From contig NMRA01000490.1 in assembly GCA_002633005.1 (NCBI GenBank), forward strand, positions 106,170-170,169: a stretch of DNA of 64,000 nucleotides, in the 5' to 3' direction. The DNA comes from Phoronis australis. Lineage: Eukaryota > Animalia > Phoronida. The position numbers and the translations under genes were made by a program. The notes beneath the pieces are model-generated. The model saw nothing but the letters and a program-made list of their open reading frames with translations. It was not told the origin of the DNA and made no database searches. Of this stretch, positions 22,692 through 35,670 are shown in pieces (the first letter of the stretch is position 1; each line of letters begins with the position of its first letter).

Positions 22692-23046
22692 CAGGGTGCC
22701 CCAAAATGTACTCAATCTTCAGTACAACACGGGGAGTTCAAATTCACCTCCTGTGGATCCGACACTGCACCTGAGACTATAGTATGATTACATGTTGCTG
22801 TAGAAGTAGGCCCCCTGAGACCTCACATGTTATTTATGCATGCGAATGCTAAACAAAATTTATCCACACTGTTACCAGAAACTAAAAACACCAAACGAGA
22901 TGCAATTAATTTTAATAAATAAAGTATTTACTTTGGTTTACAGACTTAATTCCTTTCTGATCACCTCATTATGAATTAAACTGCGTTGTTTATTGACCTG
23001 TTCCTAATTGTCACTTGAAGTGTGAGCACATTTTTGAGACACCCTG
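22692..23046. mobile_element. Tc1/mariner-type MITE
   Basis: CAGGGTGCCCCAAAATGTACTCA ... TGAGCACATTTTTGAGACACCCTG|TA. Confidence 0.7.
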
Positions 23047-23977
23047 TATTTTTCTCACAGGAAAGTGAGCACAAGTTGACATACAGGTTTGGTGGCATAC
23101 TATCAAGATGTCTGTTCAGCTCCACGTTCCTTAAAAGTCTTTCCATAGGATCATAATTTCAACTGAATTGCAATGATCAGACAGTGGTCTTTTAGACTCA
23201 ATAAATGGTGTGATATAACATAGAGCTCTGTCAGCTGAGCGTAGAGGTGAGACTGGCATAAAAACAAACATTGGTTAATGTTAAGTGTCTTCACACAACC
23301 ACATCTGGTGTAAGATGCCAGAAGGTGATCTTCCAGCAGACTTCCTGCGAACTGCTGTTGGTTCCTAAATGCATAATGGCTCAGAAACAGCCACATTTCT
23401 GACAGCACATGGTACCTCGGACACCTGAAACGAGAGTAAAGAGTACATGGCTAGAATATAGAATACAAAACTTGACAAGGAAAATCAGATAAAAGTGAGT
23501 TTGGTACATTGACATACAAATAACAATAACTAAGAAAAACTCCAGTAAAATCTCACCCACTTCAAGAACAAATTTAAACCAGTTGCCCTTTTTATTGTTG
23601 TGAATGCTCCCAATGTTTCATAAGTATAGTCTGGTAGTAGCTATGATGCATACAGAGTGTGAAATATCATTTCACTTGTCTGACATATTATGTCCTAAGT
23701 TGCTATGATTTTACCATACATCAAAGAAACAGTTGCAAGTTGTCCCAGCAGGGTCAAGTTCATTAGCACAAACTTAACCTTTGTCCACTGTCATTTGCTA
23801 TGATCTTGTTTCTGAGGCTGTGTGGTCTCACTTGAAGCTCTGCTGCTATTGTAGTAATAGTTAATCTTTTGTTTTTTTAAGTATTGACTGATGCCAGGTC
23901 TTTTGAAAATGACATGCAAGGTCAGTGAAAGTAGTTCTTTGTGAACTCTGCTCTTAGTCATACAACTGCCCCAGTTG

Positions 23978-24054
23978 CATGGGCGGTGCACCACAGGGGG
24001 ACTGATGGGGGGGGGCTATAGCCGCCACTTTTTTTCAGCACTGTGCCGCCCATG
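23978..24054. mobile_element. 77-bp mini-MITE with CATGGGCGG TIRs and imperfect 5-bp TSD
   Basis: AGTTG|CATGGGCGG ... CCGCCCATG|ATTTG, inserted in a copy of the short dispersed repeat. Confidence 0.7.
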
Positions 24055-27000
24055 ATTTGGCCTGTGTTAGTACACACACTGAGCTTAGCAAGAAGGGTAT
24101 ATGGTCCTAACTGATAAGATATTGTTTTACTACCTCTTATTTGTTTTGAATAGCCAAGCCCCCAATGACATTTAGTGTGATAGAGACCTCATTGGCTCTG
24201 GTTAAGGTACACTCATTGGCTTGCTGCAGACAACTGTGTCATGGACAGGGAATTATTGTGGTAAATTCTGTAGGGCAGGTTTTGGATGTATTGCAGGAAA
24301 CACAGCTGGGTATGAAGCGAAAAATTAAAAATCACAGGAATTGGAGAAATGCTTTACATGCTCACCATTTATCGTAGTCATAAAGGTTCTGTACAAAATT
24401 TGTTAATATTCATATACAGAGGTCCCACATGTTGAGAATCAGATTTCTCCACTGAATAACCGGCGTTAAACTGTTTCTAAAAATGCAAGTGCCGAATTAT
24501 TGCCCAAATTTTAACAATGGACGTTTTAACAAATGCCACGGGAATAAAGTGACATGCATGGAAACTGAGAATAAATACCCCTTTCACTAATATCTTAGCT
24601 CATCAGCTGGTAATAATTCTAGAGATACACATCTGACCCAAGAGATTCCTTACACCCACAGATTTAGGCACCACCTGTTATTTTCCATAACTAAATGCTA
24701 CGATACTCTTAATTTATAGTTCTTCTTAGGTAGTCTTGAATAAATTATCTCTGCTGCATGTATGCTATGTTCAGGTACATGTACTTACTAGGTTGTCTGT
24801 CACATGTGATGCTTAAGCCTGTGATAGGAGTCTATAAAATGTTATGAAACATGCTTGGGTTTAGGCATGACTTCACCTTTACAGACATTTTGGTCTGTCT
24901 GCTAATCATCTTAGATTACAGCTGTGAGTGAACACTATGGTGATCAGATTGTGTACTGAAGCGTGCATGGGAGAGATTATGCTGCAGTTTTGTTTGAAAC
25001 AGGTCAAGCGATTTTAACCATGTTTGTTTTTACCACTGACAACAAGGACATGGGGACAAAAGCAGTTGGTCAATTAACAGTGAACTTAGTTTTGTAACAA
25101 TATCGGCAAAGGTCACTCAATGCTACTGTAGGAGCACAAAATAAAAACAGCATAGAGGAAAATTAGAGGAGCTAGTGGTGCCACCTGGTCACAGAATCTT
25201 TAGTACACCCAACTGAGAGGAATAACTTGTACTCTCCAAGGAGGTTCTCTATTGCATAAACTCAACAGTAAGGTTATACCTTGGCAATCAACAAAACATG
25301 TACATAAATGACTACCAATTTACACTGGAATCCACACCAATAATATACATAAACACAGCTGCTTTTTCTTTCTCGCGCAGGTACCATCTCTTTCCTACCA
25401 GGAATTTCTGAAAACTGGTCCATCATTATTAATTTGAGTGGATAGTCGAAAACTGTTTGAAATAAACAGGTCTGTTTAAAGCATGTAATTGTATCTCACT
25501 ATAAAGAATTTTTGTCCATACTTATTTCGCACTCTGCAAACACAGTGTGTTAGCACTGCCCTTGGTACTGTTCTAATATAGTTAGTTACCAACAAAAGGC
25601 ACCCAGTAGTCAGAGGTGGCAGTGTAGCCTAGTGTGATAGGTGACCACTTTCCAGCTCCTCAGCTCAGGTTTAACCATATATTAATCAAGCACAAAAATG
25701 GTTCCAGGTGATCAGTGCAATGGGCTCATATGCCGCGCAAGTCTAGTACAAGTATACCAGACCACCTGCAATTATTTTTTTAGAAAATTGATAGGTAGTC
25801 AATAGTTGCGACCATTTGCTCGTGACTATTTTGTGTGTGACACGTGGTGTACCACTTTTTCCCCAGTGAAGCATTAACATAATAGCCAAGCATTGAACAT
25901 GGAGTTGTTTCTTATTAACAAATTGCTACAGAGTCTGTGGCTAAGGACTCATGTTATGTTGGTATGTTGGGTTAATTAGAATTTTCATTAAGATATGATA
26001 TGCCCAACCTGAGTTACCTACTGTGTTAATTGAAGCCACTATGAATCTTATGTTTTGCTAATAAATATTAACTTATGCTCCACTCTTGCTTGATTGGCAA
26101 AAATGAATCTTCAATATGATTTTCATGAAACCAAAACAATACGACATTTTAGAAAACTGCTGACTTTAGATCTCATCTTGAATATGAATATCAAATAAAA
26201 TTTCATCAAATTATTGATGTTGTTATTTTACTCTCAATTCGTGAAGTTTTTGGCTGTCTTATAAATCTTTACCGGTCATTTGCTTTTGATTTTTGATGCT
26301 TTTAGCACTTTTGAACATTTCTCTCTGGTGCATGGGTCGATTCCTCTAAAGTTTTGTGCAGGAACTTAATAGTCTGCAACTTGCGGTCTCGAATTTTAGA
26401 TGCTAGTTTAAACAATGGATATCACCCCTCAAAAATGCGGAACTGCAACAATGTTTCAAAAAGTAACTTTGATGGCCAATATCAGTTATTAGTGATGAAA
26501 TAAAAATTCTCAGACATTTCCTGCATACTGACTGTAAGAATGTACAACTGAGGTCTTCACACAGCCCATTACTTGGAAATTTATGTTCAAAACAAAAAGG
26601 TCAATAGTTACAAAAAACGGCAGTATCATGATTATTCAACTGAAGGTTGTGCAACATGTTAACGCACTAATTACGATTTTCTGCCACCGACTCGAGAATT
26701 GAGAAAATGATATTTTTGATAGGTTGAAAATAGACTTTTAAGAAGTTAATTTATTTATGAAAGTTTGACAACACACACACTGTATTACGATTGTAGACTG
26801 AGTTGTATGGTCACGTAACGCTTTTATTGTGGTTTAAATCTTTAATTTGTGGTATAAATGTTAAATTACACCTGTTTATGTCATTTAGCCAATATTACTG
26901 CCCAGAGTGAATTGGACTTGGTCTTCCCCTCTGCTCCTGAAAATACTTTCTCCATGGTGCAAGCTCAGCCAATAACAACACCCATATTAAAATACAGTAG

Positions 27001-29314
27001 GGCACTTTAACAAATTTTAAATGACCCTACTGGGTGCCTCTGGGGTCGTTGACAAGCATGCCATCTATATGATGGTGTTTCGCCTAGGACTATGTACTCC
27101 CAGGTTTAGCCCATTTGCCAGGCTGTTCTAAAAATATTGTCATACATTGCTGTATCTTTGGTAAACTTTACTTTTAAACAGGAATAAATCTACCATCTGT
27201 GCAGAGGCATTCACATCCAAGTATTTAATATACAGAGTTTGTGCATGGATCTACAATTGCAATGGCCTTTAATCAAGCATTGTTTACAGACAAAATCTAA
27301 TATACAAATGTCAATTATAGTATGGAATATGTGAGGCTTGATTGAGTAATGACCTTTTCATAAACTAGCAGATTTGACCATGCCATCAGCAAGGCATGTC
27401 ATCGCCTACAGCAAATAGCTGTATACATGGTTTAATTATTTCTGCATGTCTGATTCTGTAATTAGACTAAACATGTAACCATGGACTCCATCCATTGTGT
27501 CTGATGTAATAAAGCCTAATTGTTAGTCCCGCTCAACATGTGTTACATACCAAAACTACAGTATTGTGGTTGAGAGATTGTTCTGAATGTTTATACAAAG
27601 TGGTAACTCTTATGTCATTGGCATTAAATTAATTGTCATTTTATGTGACTCAAAATAATTTTGTGGTCTGCAGCATTCTGCACATCCATCCATCCATCTG
27701 ATCATCCTGGGCTTTGACCTTTATAAATAGCTCTGAAATGACTGATTTGGGTAAAAAATGAGCAACTTGAAAAATCTTGCACAAAGTTAAATACCAATAA
27801 AAACTACACGCTTCCTTGAGTATACTCACTTGGTTATGGGCATGAAAAGAACGCCTTTAGTGCGTTACTCTGCAGTTAGTTTGTGGAGCAATCATATGGG
27901 ACATGAAATTGAGTGCTATTTCGCAATTGGCCAATCTATGTTTTTCCCCGATACTTTAATCCCGACTACCGTACTGTTTAATTTTTCACAAGATTGCACA
28001 CAGTTCATGACAAATTACTAGAAGTAGTTTCACTCACTTCGCCAGTAGTTTCATGTGCCTCCCGTTTAGTGAAGTCAGGGCAAATAGGTCTGCCTTAGAG
28101 AAACAAAAACTCCGGAAAAAAGTAGAAAACAAGACAACAGTCCACTAAAAAGCCAGGAACTACCAAAATTTTGCGATTACACAGCTCATAGCTCTGAAAG
28201 TATCCCGTGAATCTTAGGAAAGGTCCATATTCTAAAAAATTTGAGCCCACCCCCAATTTTTATACTGGGTGCACACGAGTTTTGAGTATATTATCCGAGT
28301 GAAAGATGTCACTTTGCGAAACAAAAAATTGAGCAAATGGAGCGTAACATTATGAAATCAATCTAAGAAAACAATGTTCACGTTTTTTTCTGTTAAAGAG
28401 CAGGTTTTGATTTGGTTTTTCTTTCCGACTGTTCAACAGGTGAAAATGCAATTTTAAATGTTACTGCACTCACCTTCTAATTCTCCAAATTTTGACTTTT
28501 AAAAGTCCTTGAAATCATGTTGATGCTCAGTTATACATTCAGTTGAGACTATTGATTTCTAAAAGCACCTTACCTATGGGAAAAGAATCCTAACCCTGAC
28601 GTCCTCACTGGTTGAGTTTGGGCAACTGACAGGGGTTTACTACCCTCACCCAGTGTTTGGGCAACTCAAGGGTTCGCTAACATTAAAACATTAACCTCCC
28701 CTCCCCCCTCCCCTGCTATCTTCAAAGAAACCATCCATCTTCAGTGACACTGATGAGATGTGATTTACTCAGGTAATGAGTTGTGAAATCATAAACGTGG
28801 TTGTAAACACAGCGGGCAACGAGCATTTTTTAAATTTCCAATTTGAAAGTTTTGAATAGCATGAGTTTGTAAAAAGTACATGCGGCAAGGTTTTTGAAAA
28901 TATGAAAGTGACTTTTATTATCTAAAACTAGAAAGTAGCCCACAGTGTTGTGCTTCATTAATTCTTCTAGATGGGCAACATAATGGGCCAATGGGTCATA
29001 AACCAGCTATTGAAATTGAATAGAAAGCAAGGTGTCATTTTAGAACTGTGGAGATGTACATGAATGTACATTTCATCTCCCAAAACAGTCACAATACTTA
29101 ACCCTGACTCCCTCACACCTTGTCTGCATTCTTCCATTTTTGCACTTGTCCACATATTGAAACTACTTCAATAAGACTTGGCTTTGGATGAATACGAGTC
29201 CATACACTCGAATTAAATGCCTACCCTAGATATTTGAGATTTACAATTTATTGAGCTTGGGTACTTAAGCTGAAACAATGTATAACCATCGTCTGTGAGA
29301 TCTCCCTTTATTTA

Positions 29315-29571
29315 GGGCCTTTCACACTAACGTCGACGTGACAATGTTTTGGGGAACTGCAGTTAGTATGAACGCTCAACTTCGGTCCTGGATGGAAGGT
29401 AACAGCACCAGCGTGCAGCGCTACTTTGCGATTACTTCGATGACAACAGTGTCACCTACTGTTAACTTCAAAGTCCTTTAACTACCGAAGCTAGTGTGAA
29501 CGCTTTAGTTAACTTTGCAGTTTACGTTGACGCTCCGCTCAGACCGGAATTAAGTCAGCATGAAAAGGCCT
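29315..29571. mobile_element. Harbinger-like MITE
   Basis: GGGCCTTTCACACT ... AGCATGAAAAGGCCT imperfect TIRs. CpG-rich relative to its flanks. Confidence 0.5.
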
Positions 29572-30214
29572 TTTGAGAGGACAGTGTCATAAAATCAGTA
29601 TTGAGATGCTTCTGATTATTGTTGCAGGTAGTGTTGTGGGTGTTCATGCTGACACACATGTTGATAAGTTTAAAGTGTTCATTGTTACTTGACACTAATA
29701 TGTTCATACTAAAAGGATTGTGTTAAAAACAAAGATCTTATGACTGTCATTGAGTAATCACGTCCACCATCACAAATACTGCTGCATACCATCAACACAG
29801 CCACTGCCAGTCGGCCACCGCTAAATCTAACCAGTGGTCAGGTCAAGCTTACCTTATTTGATATTTTTCTCCAAACTTAAATTTTCTCGCTAATACTCCG
29901 GCAAAATCTCAACAATTTAGGACAAAAGTAGTATTGACAAAAACTGACTGCACCTACACCTACTTTTGACTATCGCATACGCCCACCTTTAGGCTCTCGT
30001 TCATGGGTCAATTTGATCCTATGTTTAATGTAATTTATGATCAAGTTTTTTTAACTTAATTTGACCAACCTTGGCCAAGCTTAAGTATGTTACCTTATTA
30101 GAAACTTTTCATGCTGTAAACACCCCCTTTACGTAAACAAGGGTCGATTTGGAGGAAGGGCTCTATTTACATTCCATTCACAATAGAGGAATACAATGTC
30201 ATGCCATCAGCCTA

Positions 30215-31075
30215 CCCTAAGACAACTTGGACTACGGTGCATCTTACCCCACTTTTGAAGAACTTCTCTTACCTTTCCAACTACACAGTGATATCGAAGT
30301 TGTCACCATGACAACAGACGATGCAGTTCATTCGTACTCTCAAACAAATATTGAGCAGTGGGTTCGAGCCTAACTGAATATTGTTCGCCTGAACATTATT
30401 CGTCTGCCATTTACGAGTGTTTATGAAAATGATCAGTGTCATTCTTCATCAGATATGCTTTATTTTAGTTATTTATGTCCGTCTACTTAGAGCACATCGT
30501 CTATGCTACAGTAACAAAGAACACGTTTTGCGAGTCTCGCATGCATGATAATATCGGTGCTGTGACCTCTACCGATAACTTTGACAAAGCTTCGTTTTTA
30601 GTTTTCCCACTACACCGAAGCTTCGGTGAATATCGATCGCTTCACTTTTAAATCCTATTTTAAGTAAAGTTTCGGTTCTAATGGGAAAGCAACTTAATTG
30701 GAGTGTCCACACACACACGCACACACACTCACTCACTCACTCACGCATGCACGCACGCACGCACACACACAGGCCGATAACTAAGGTAAGGCAGAAGTTG
30801 TCACTCTGTGCGTGACAATGAACATCACCTAATGCCAATATGGCGCACATGAAAGAACCCGTCTGCATGTAACCACAGCTGATAACTACTTCCACCCAAC
30901 CCCACTTTTATGGCCACACCGAGCGTTTATAAGTGGCACAAGCTACCTTAGAACAAGTTACCCCACCTCGATAATGTGGAGTAAGTTGTGACAAGTGGGG
31001 TAGTTCAAATAGCGCCAGACAGTATTCAAACCTAGAGACAACTCATTCCAGGAGTAACTTTAATGTTCTAGGGTA
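30215..31075. mobile_element. MITE family (ACCCTA.AACAACTT ... TTGTTCTAGGGT) carrying a ~440-bp nested insertion at ~30265-30695
   Basis: Both ends and the internal blocks (CTTACCCCAC, GAACAAGTTACCCCACCTCGATAA, TTCCAGGAGTAACTT) align to 59213-59555, which lacks the insert. Confidence 0.7.
30708..30770. repeat. Compound microsatellite (CA)n(CACT)n(CACG)n
   Basis: Directly visible. Confidence 0.9.
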
Positions 31076-31457
31076 ATTTAAGTCTGTGTTTATATTTAGC
31101 TGTCAGCCACTATTGTGTCCTAAATTCGTGAAAACCTTATCAGTTGGTTAGCTTAAAAAGATTATCAATGAAAATGCATGTCAAAAATCATGAATAAGCT
31201 TGCTGGACTTGTAGTCGCCTTTTTCAAATTGAATTCTGAAGCTTGGAAAACCTGGTCTCTCCTTAACCATCGCTTAATGCAAGCTTAGAAGATTGGTGGT
31301 CAGCAACAGCATGACGGCGTTCCATTCAGTGACTTTACCAGACGTAGAGGGTTGTGAGCGTGTAATAACATTTAGCTTCTTTGTTAACTGCCAAGCACAG
31401 TCTTTTGTCTGATATGGCAACACGCAGGCCAGCCAAACCCAAAATGAATTGGTACAT

Positions 31458-32264
31458 AAATATAGATTATTACATGGCGTTAGCCCCGAGGGTGATAACT
31501 CTACAAAATCCACGAGGGCTCTATTTAAGGGGGATAACGACTGAGAACATGTAATAATCTATTTATACCACATACTGAACGAGAAACATTGCAATAAATC
31601 GATCTACCTTTCTCGACTGTAACTACTTTCTATGTCAGAGGCCTGGGGTCGGAGGTCGTGACCTTTTAAGAAAAGCCAAGATACTTTTGTAAAATAATGC
31701 TTTTACTCAAAACCAATTGAAAAATAAAACAAAATAGAAATAAAGTGAATCTATAAATTAAGGTTTAGCAACTGTTATAGCTTACTACACATTTTATCAT
31801 GCTAAGCTTCGACCGGGAATATATCGTCTGCTAAACTAGGTTACCACTAGTAACTGACTATAATGCTCACGTCAAAGGATCCCGACCACACGACACCTGC
31901 ATTCAAATTGGAAATCGGTGATTTACAAGTGAGAGAACACGAGAGAAAAATTTCACTGAATTAAAATATCGTTTTTATGGAAATTATGCGTCTTTATTTT
32001 TCATAGTGTATAATTGTTGGTGCAATGCCCTTTGCTAAACATGCGATTGTTGCGCGTGCTCATTTAAGTATTCTATTTTCACATTCGATGATGTCAGCCG
32101 CTGAGTGGTGTAGTGGTAAAGTCAGCGACAAGCAACTGTTGAGGCCCGAGTTCGAATCTGGCCTCGGTTTCCCGCCAAAATGTTATTTCACTAGTGAGAT
32201 AACTTTATGGGTTATTACACGGTTGTATCTGACATACGAGGCTAATATTGTGGTATAATAGATT
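31458..32264. mobile_element. Probable Crypton-type non-autonomous element
   Basis: Subterminal inverted repeat ATAGATTATTACATG/CATGTAATAATCTAT surrounds CCCGAGGG. TTATACCACA (31563) is inverted against TGTGGTATAA (32249). No TSD. Family assignment is from recalled architecture only. Confidence 0.5.
32100..32170 (+). other. tRNA-derived pseudogene / SINE head
   Basis: A box TGGTGTAGTGG, B box GAGTTCGAATC, and acceptor-like pairing GCTGAG/CTCGGT. D and anticodon stems are poor. Confidence 0.55.
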
Positions 32265-32788
32265 GTAGTAACTTCGGTTCTAGTTGGGCAATTTTGGCAA
32301 TTCAAAAACTAAACATGATCACCATTTGACAAGGATTTCTGAAATGCTATCGGTTTATGTTCAAATATGTTATAACGTAACTTTTATTTTAGCAGCACAG
32401 CCCAGTCAAGGTAGATATGACCTTACTGGAGATTAGAGAAATCGAACAAAAGAGAGTTGGCCCTCCAAACATCAATGCCAGATTCTATGGAGTTAATCAG
32501 TCGTGTAAGATATTGGCTACAGGATTGTTCTTCCCAACTTGTTGTTGGGCTATAAAATCGAGCAAGTTGGGAGCAACGGGAAAATGCCGTGATGGAAATG
32601 AAGAGGACATTATCTTGAAGCAATTCGGTCACCAAGCAAAAATTGAACTTCGATCAAAATAAACACATCCCATGGTCTGCTGAGGCATTACAACCTTTCT
32701 GGCATTGCAAACAGGTTGTTGGTTTGATTGATCATGCCAATAAGGATTTTTCAAGCTCCACAAATTTACAGTTTCTTACTATGATATA

Positions 32789-33123
32789 CAGTGGCGGATC
32801 TAGGATATCACAAGGGTAGGGCCCAACATTTTGTCCGGCTGCAAACATTTGCGCAAACTGAACGATTGTAGATGCGCATAGCACCGAATGGGGGGAGGTC
32901 GGGAGGGGGGTTTGCCGCCCATGAAACTTTTCTGTTTTTACCTCTAAAAATCAAGCATTTTCTTGATTCCTGCACACATTTAAATCTTTTTTCATCTGTA
33001 TAATTTTAATTACCGGGGTTAATTAATAAACTCACCATTTCCCTACGCTGTTTTATTTTTTTTTGCGGCAGCCAAGGGGGGCGGGGCCCAGGCCCCCTGG
33101 CCAGCCCCCTAAATCCGCCTATG
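32789..33123. mobile_element. 335-bp MITE with 5-bp TSD, same family as 12644-13597
   Basis: ATATA|CAGTGGCGGATCTAGG ... CCTAAATCCGCCTATG|ATATA. Confidence 0.85.
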
Positions 33124-33226
33124 ATATAGGTCCATTTCTCTTACTTCAAAGTTCACTGGGGTTGACCATCCTCAAAAATTGCACTTTTGAAAATGGTGCA
33201 TGTAGGCATTGCCATCTGCTGCTTGN

Positions 33227-34234
33227 AGGTCTGGCCACTACAGTAGGTCTGGCCACTACAGTAGGTCTGGCCACTACAGTAGGTCTGGCCACTACAGTAG
33301 GTCTGGCCACTACAGTAGGTCTGGCCACTACAGTAGGTCTGGCCACTACAGTAGGTCTGGCCACTACAGTAGGTCTGGCCACTACAGTAGGTCTGGCCAC
33401 TACAGTAGGTCTGGCCACTACAGTAGGTCTGGCCACTACAGTAGGTCTGGCCACTACAGTAGGTCTGGCCACTACAGTAGGTCTGGCCACTACAGTAGGT
33501 CTGGCCACTACAGTAGGTCTGGCCACTACAGTAGGTCTGGCCACTACAGTAGGTCTGGCCACTACAGTAGGTCTGGCCACTACAGTAGGTCTGGCCACTA
33601 CAGTAGGTCTGGCCACTACAGTAGGTCTGGCCACTACAGTAGGTCTGGCCACTACAGTAGGTCTGGCCACTACAGTAGGTCTGGCCACTACAGTAGGTCT
33701 GGCCACTACAGTAGGTCTGGCCACTACAGTAGGTCTGGCCACTACAGTAGGTCTGGCCACTACAGTAGGTCTGGCCACTACAGTAGGTCTGGCCACTACA
33801 GTAGGTCTGGCCACTACAGTAGGTCTGGCCACTACAGTAGGTCTGGCCACTACAGTAGGTCTGGCCACTACAGTAGGTCTGGCCACTACAGTAGGTCTGG
33901 CCACTACAGTAGGTCTGGCCACTACAGTAGGTCTGGCCACTACAGTAGGTCTGGCCACTACAGTAGGTCTGGCCACTACAGTAGGTCTGGCCACTACAGT
34001 AGGTCTGGCCACTACAGTAGGTCTGGCCACTACAGTAGGTCTGGCCACTACAGTAGGTCTGGCCACTACAGTAGGTCTGGCCACTACAGTAGGTCTGGCC
34101 ACTACAGTAGGTCTGGCCACTACAGTAGGTCTGGCCACTACAGTAGGTCTGGCCACTACAGTAGGTCTGGCCACTACAGTAGGTCTGGCCACTACAGTAG
34201 GTCTGGCCACTACAGTAGGTCTGACCACTACAGT
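33227..34234. repeat. Tandem array of 56 x 18 bp (AGGTCTGGCCACTACAGT)
   Basis: 1008 bp. Units appear identical except the last (CTGACC). The array starts at the N gap at 33226, so its true length is unknown. Confidence 0.98.
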
Positions 34235-34660
34235 TGCCATTTAATTGATTCATTCACAGCTGACATCTCGTGCTGTTTAACTCAAGAGTCAGATGCTCAA
34301 AAGAGTATTTCATCAATGATGGGATAGTAAAAGTACTTATACAATGGAAATAAATAAATTTACTTATTACTGTTAACTGGATCATGTTGGTGAAACATAA
34401 GCCACATTTCTTGAAACTCACTTTCGCACAGTTGTCATACTTCGTTGCTCAGTTGATTTTGCACACCCCTCAACTACGGCGATGTTCATATACCAAACTA
34501 CAAAATCAAAAACAATTTTCCAAAGTACAAAGGTAGTTTTTCACCTACAAACACTATGGCGTGCAGGAGAAATTTAATTTTATCAACTTTCTTAAACAAA
34601 AATAAAGACTCGCAGATTTTAGTCTCGTCAGCTTTGTCTGTACTATGGACATGTCATAAA

Positions 34661-34755
34661 ACAACATATGATCAATTTTGTATTACAACATACGATCAAG
34701 TTTGTATTACAACATACGATTAAGTTTGTATTACAACATACGATCAAGTTTGTAT
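34661..34755. repeat. Minisatellite, 4 x 24 bp (ACAACATACGATCAAGTTTGTATT)
   Basis: Directly visible. Confidence 0.9.
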
Positions 34756-34944
34756 CATGTATGATTGACTTAGAAAATAGAAAAATAATCCCAGAAAAAA
34801 TTTGTGCGCAAAACAAGTGAAGAATTGTATGTTACGTTTCAAATACCATGACTATGGTCGAGCTTTTGGTATCCTTGATATTTAAGTGCTGTGACAGAAA
34901 ATGACAAGAGACAGGCGCGATGAAATTCACTGTAAAACTATGGC

Positions 34945-35670
34945 ATTATTACTCTCTCATCTAGATTGTGATCTTTCTCAAATCCCTCATTTCTGGTTTC
35001 CATCGTTGAATTTTTAGCAAAAAGGGATAATCTAGTGAATGCAAGCACGGGCAAGTAGACAACCAGACCCCATGTAGTTACATTCGAATCACTTTGAAAG
35101 CAATCTCTTTTTCAGTCAAATAAAGCTCTATTTGCGATAAACTCAACATGAAACTTATATGTTGTAAAATCACCAGTCTAAAGGTTTAATCTTTAGTGCG
35201 TGGAAGGGGGGGGGGGGAACTAGACCAAATAGTGGCTTAAAAATTTGCAGATGGAAGTAAATCTTGGGTGTTGTTCACACATAATAGGCTTCCCTGTTGG
35301 ATTGTGATTAAACACAACTTAACAACGATTTTGTGGTCCTGGATGGAAAGATAAATGTTTTATTACCCCCAGTAGATTAGTGAACAGCGGAGCCCAGAAT
35401 GATGGCACTTAACGATGAGAGTTATTACCGTCACATCTGGACTGTGGTGATTCTCACATACCTCATTTCTCGTTGAATTTTTGCAAACAGGAATAATGCG
35501 GTGAATGTAACCATGGGTAACTAGCGTAGGTTGCATACAGGAGCTGTATTAAGCACAGCAATCACTCTGGAAAGCGACACTTGTTTTTCAGTCAACTAAA
35601 ATTCTATTTGCGGTACTCAACATGAAATTTATACCACTGTAGAACGCCCAGTCTGAAAGTTTAATTATAA
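34945..35670. repeat. Diverged direct duplication (~34945-35190 versus ~35420-35670)
   Basis: Collinear blocks CCTCATTTCT..CGTTGAATTTTT, AATCACT.TG.AAAGC, TTTTTCAGTCAA, CTATTTGCG, CTCAACATGAAA and CCAGTCT.AA.GTTTAAT. Confidence 0.75.

Noticed and set aside
22813-22832. lin-4/miR-125-like sequence CCCTGAGACCTCA
   Set aside because: No complementary arm to form a hairpin, and it lies inside a Tc1-type MITE.
32100-32170. Functional tRNA gene
   Set aside because: D, anticodon and T stems do not pair properly. Kept only as tRNA-derived.
33227-34234. CRISPR array
   Set aside because: No unique spacers, no cas genes, and a eukaryotic context.
33063-34327. Four 364-393 aa ORFs (GLATTV, RPTVVA, CSGQTY and RSGHYS repeats)
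   Set aside because: They are by-products of an 18-bp unit lacking stops in several frames. There is no synonymous variation, and the ORFs cross an N gap and, in one case, a MITE.
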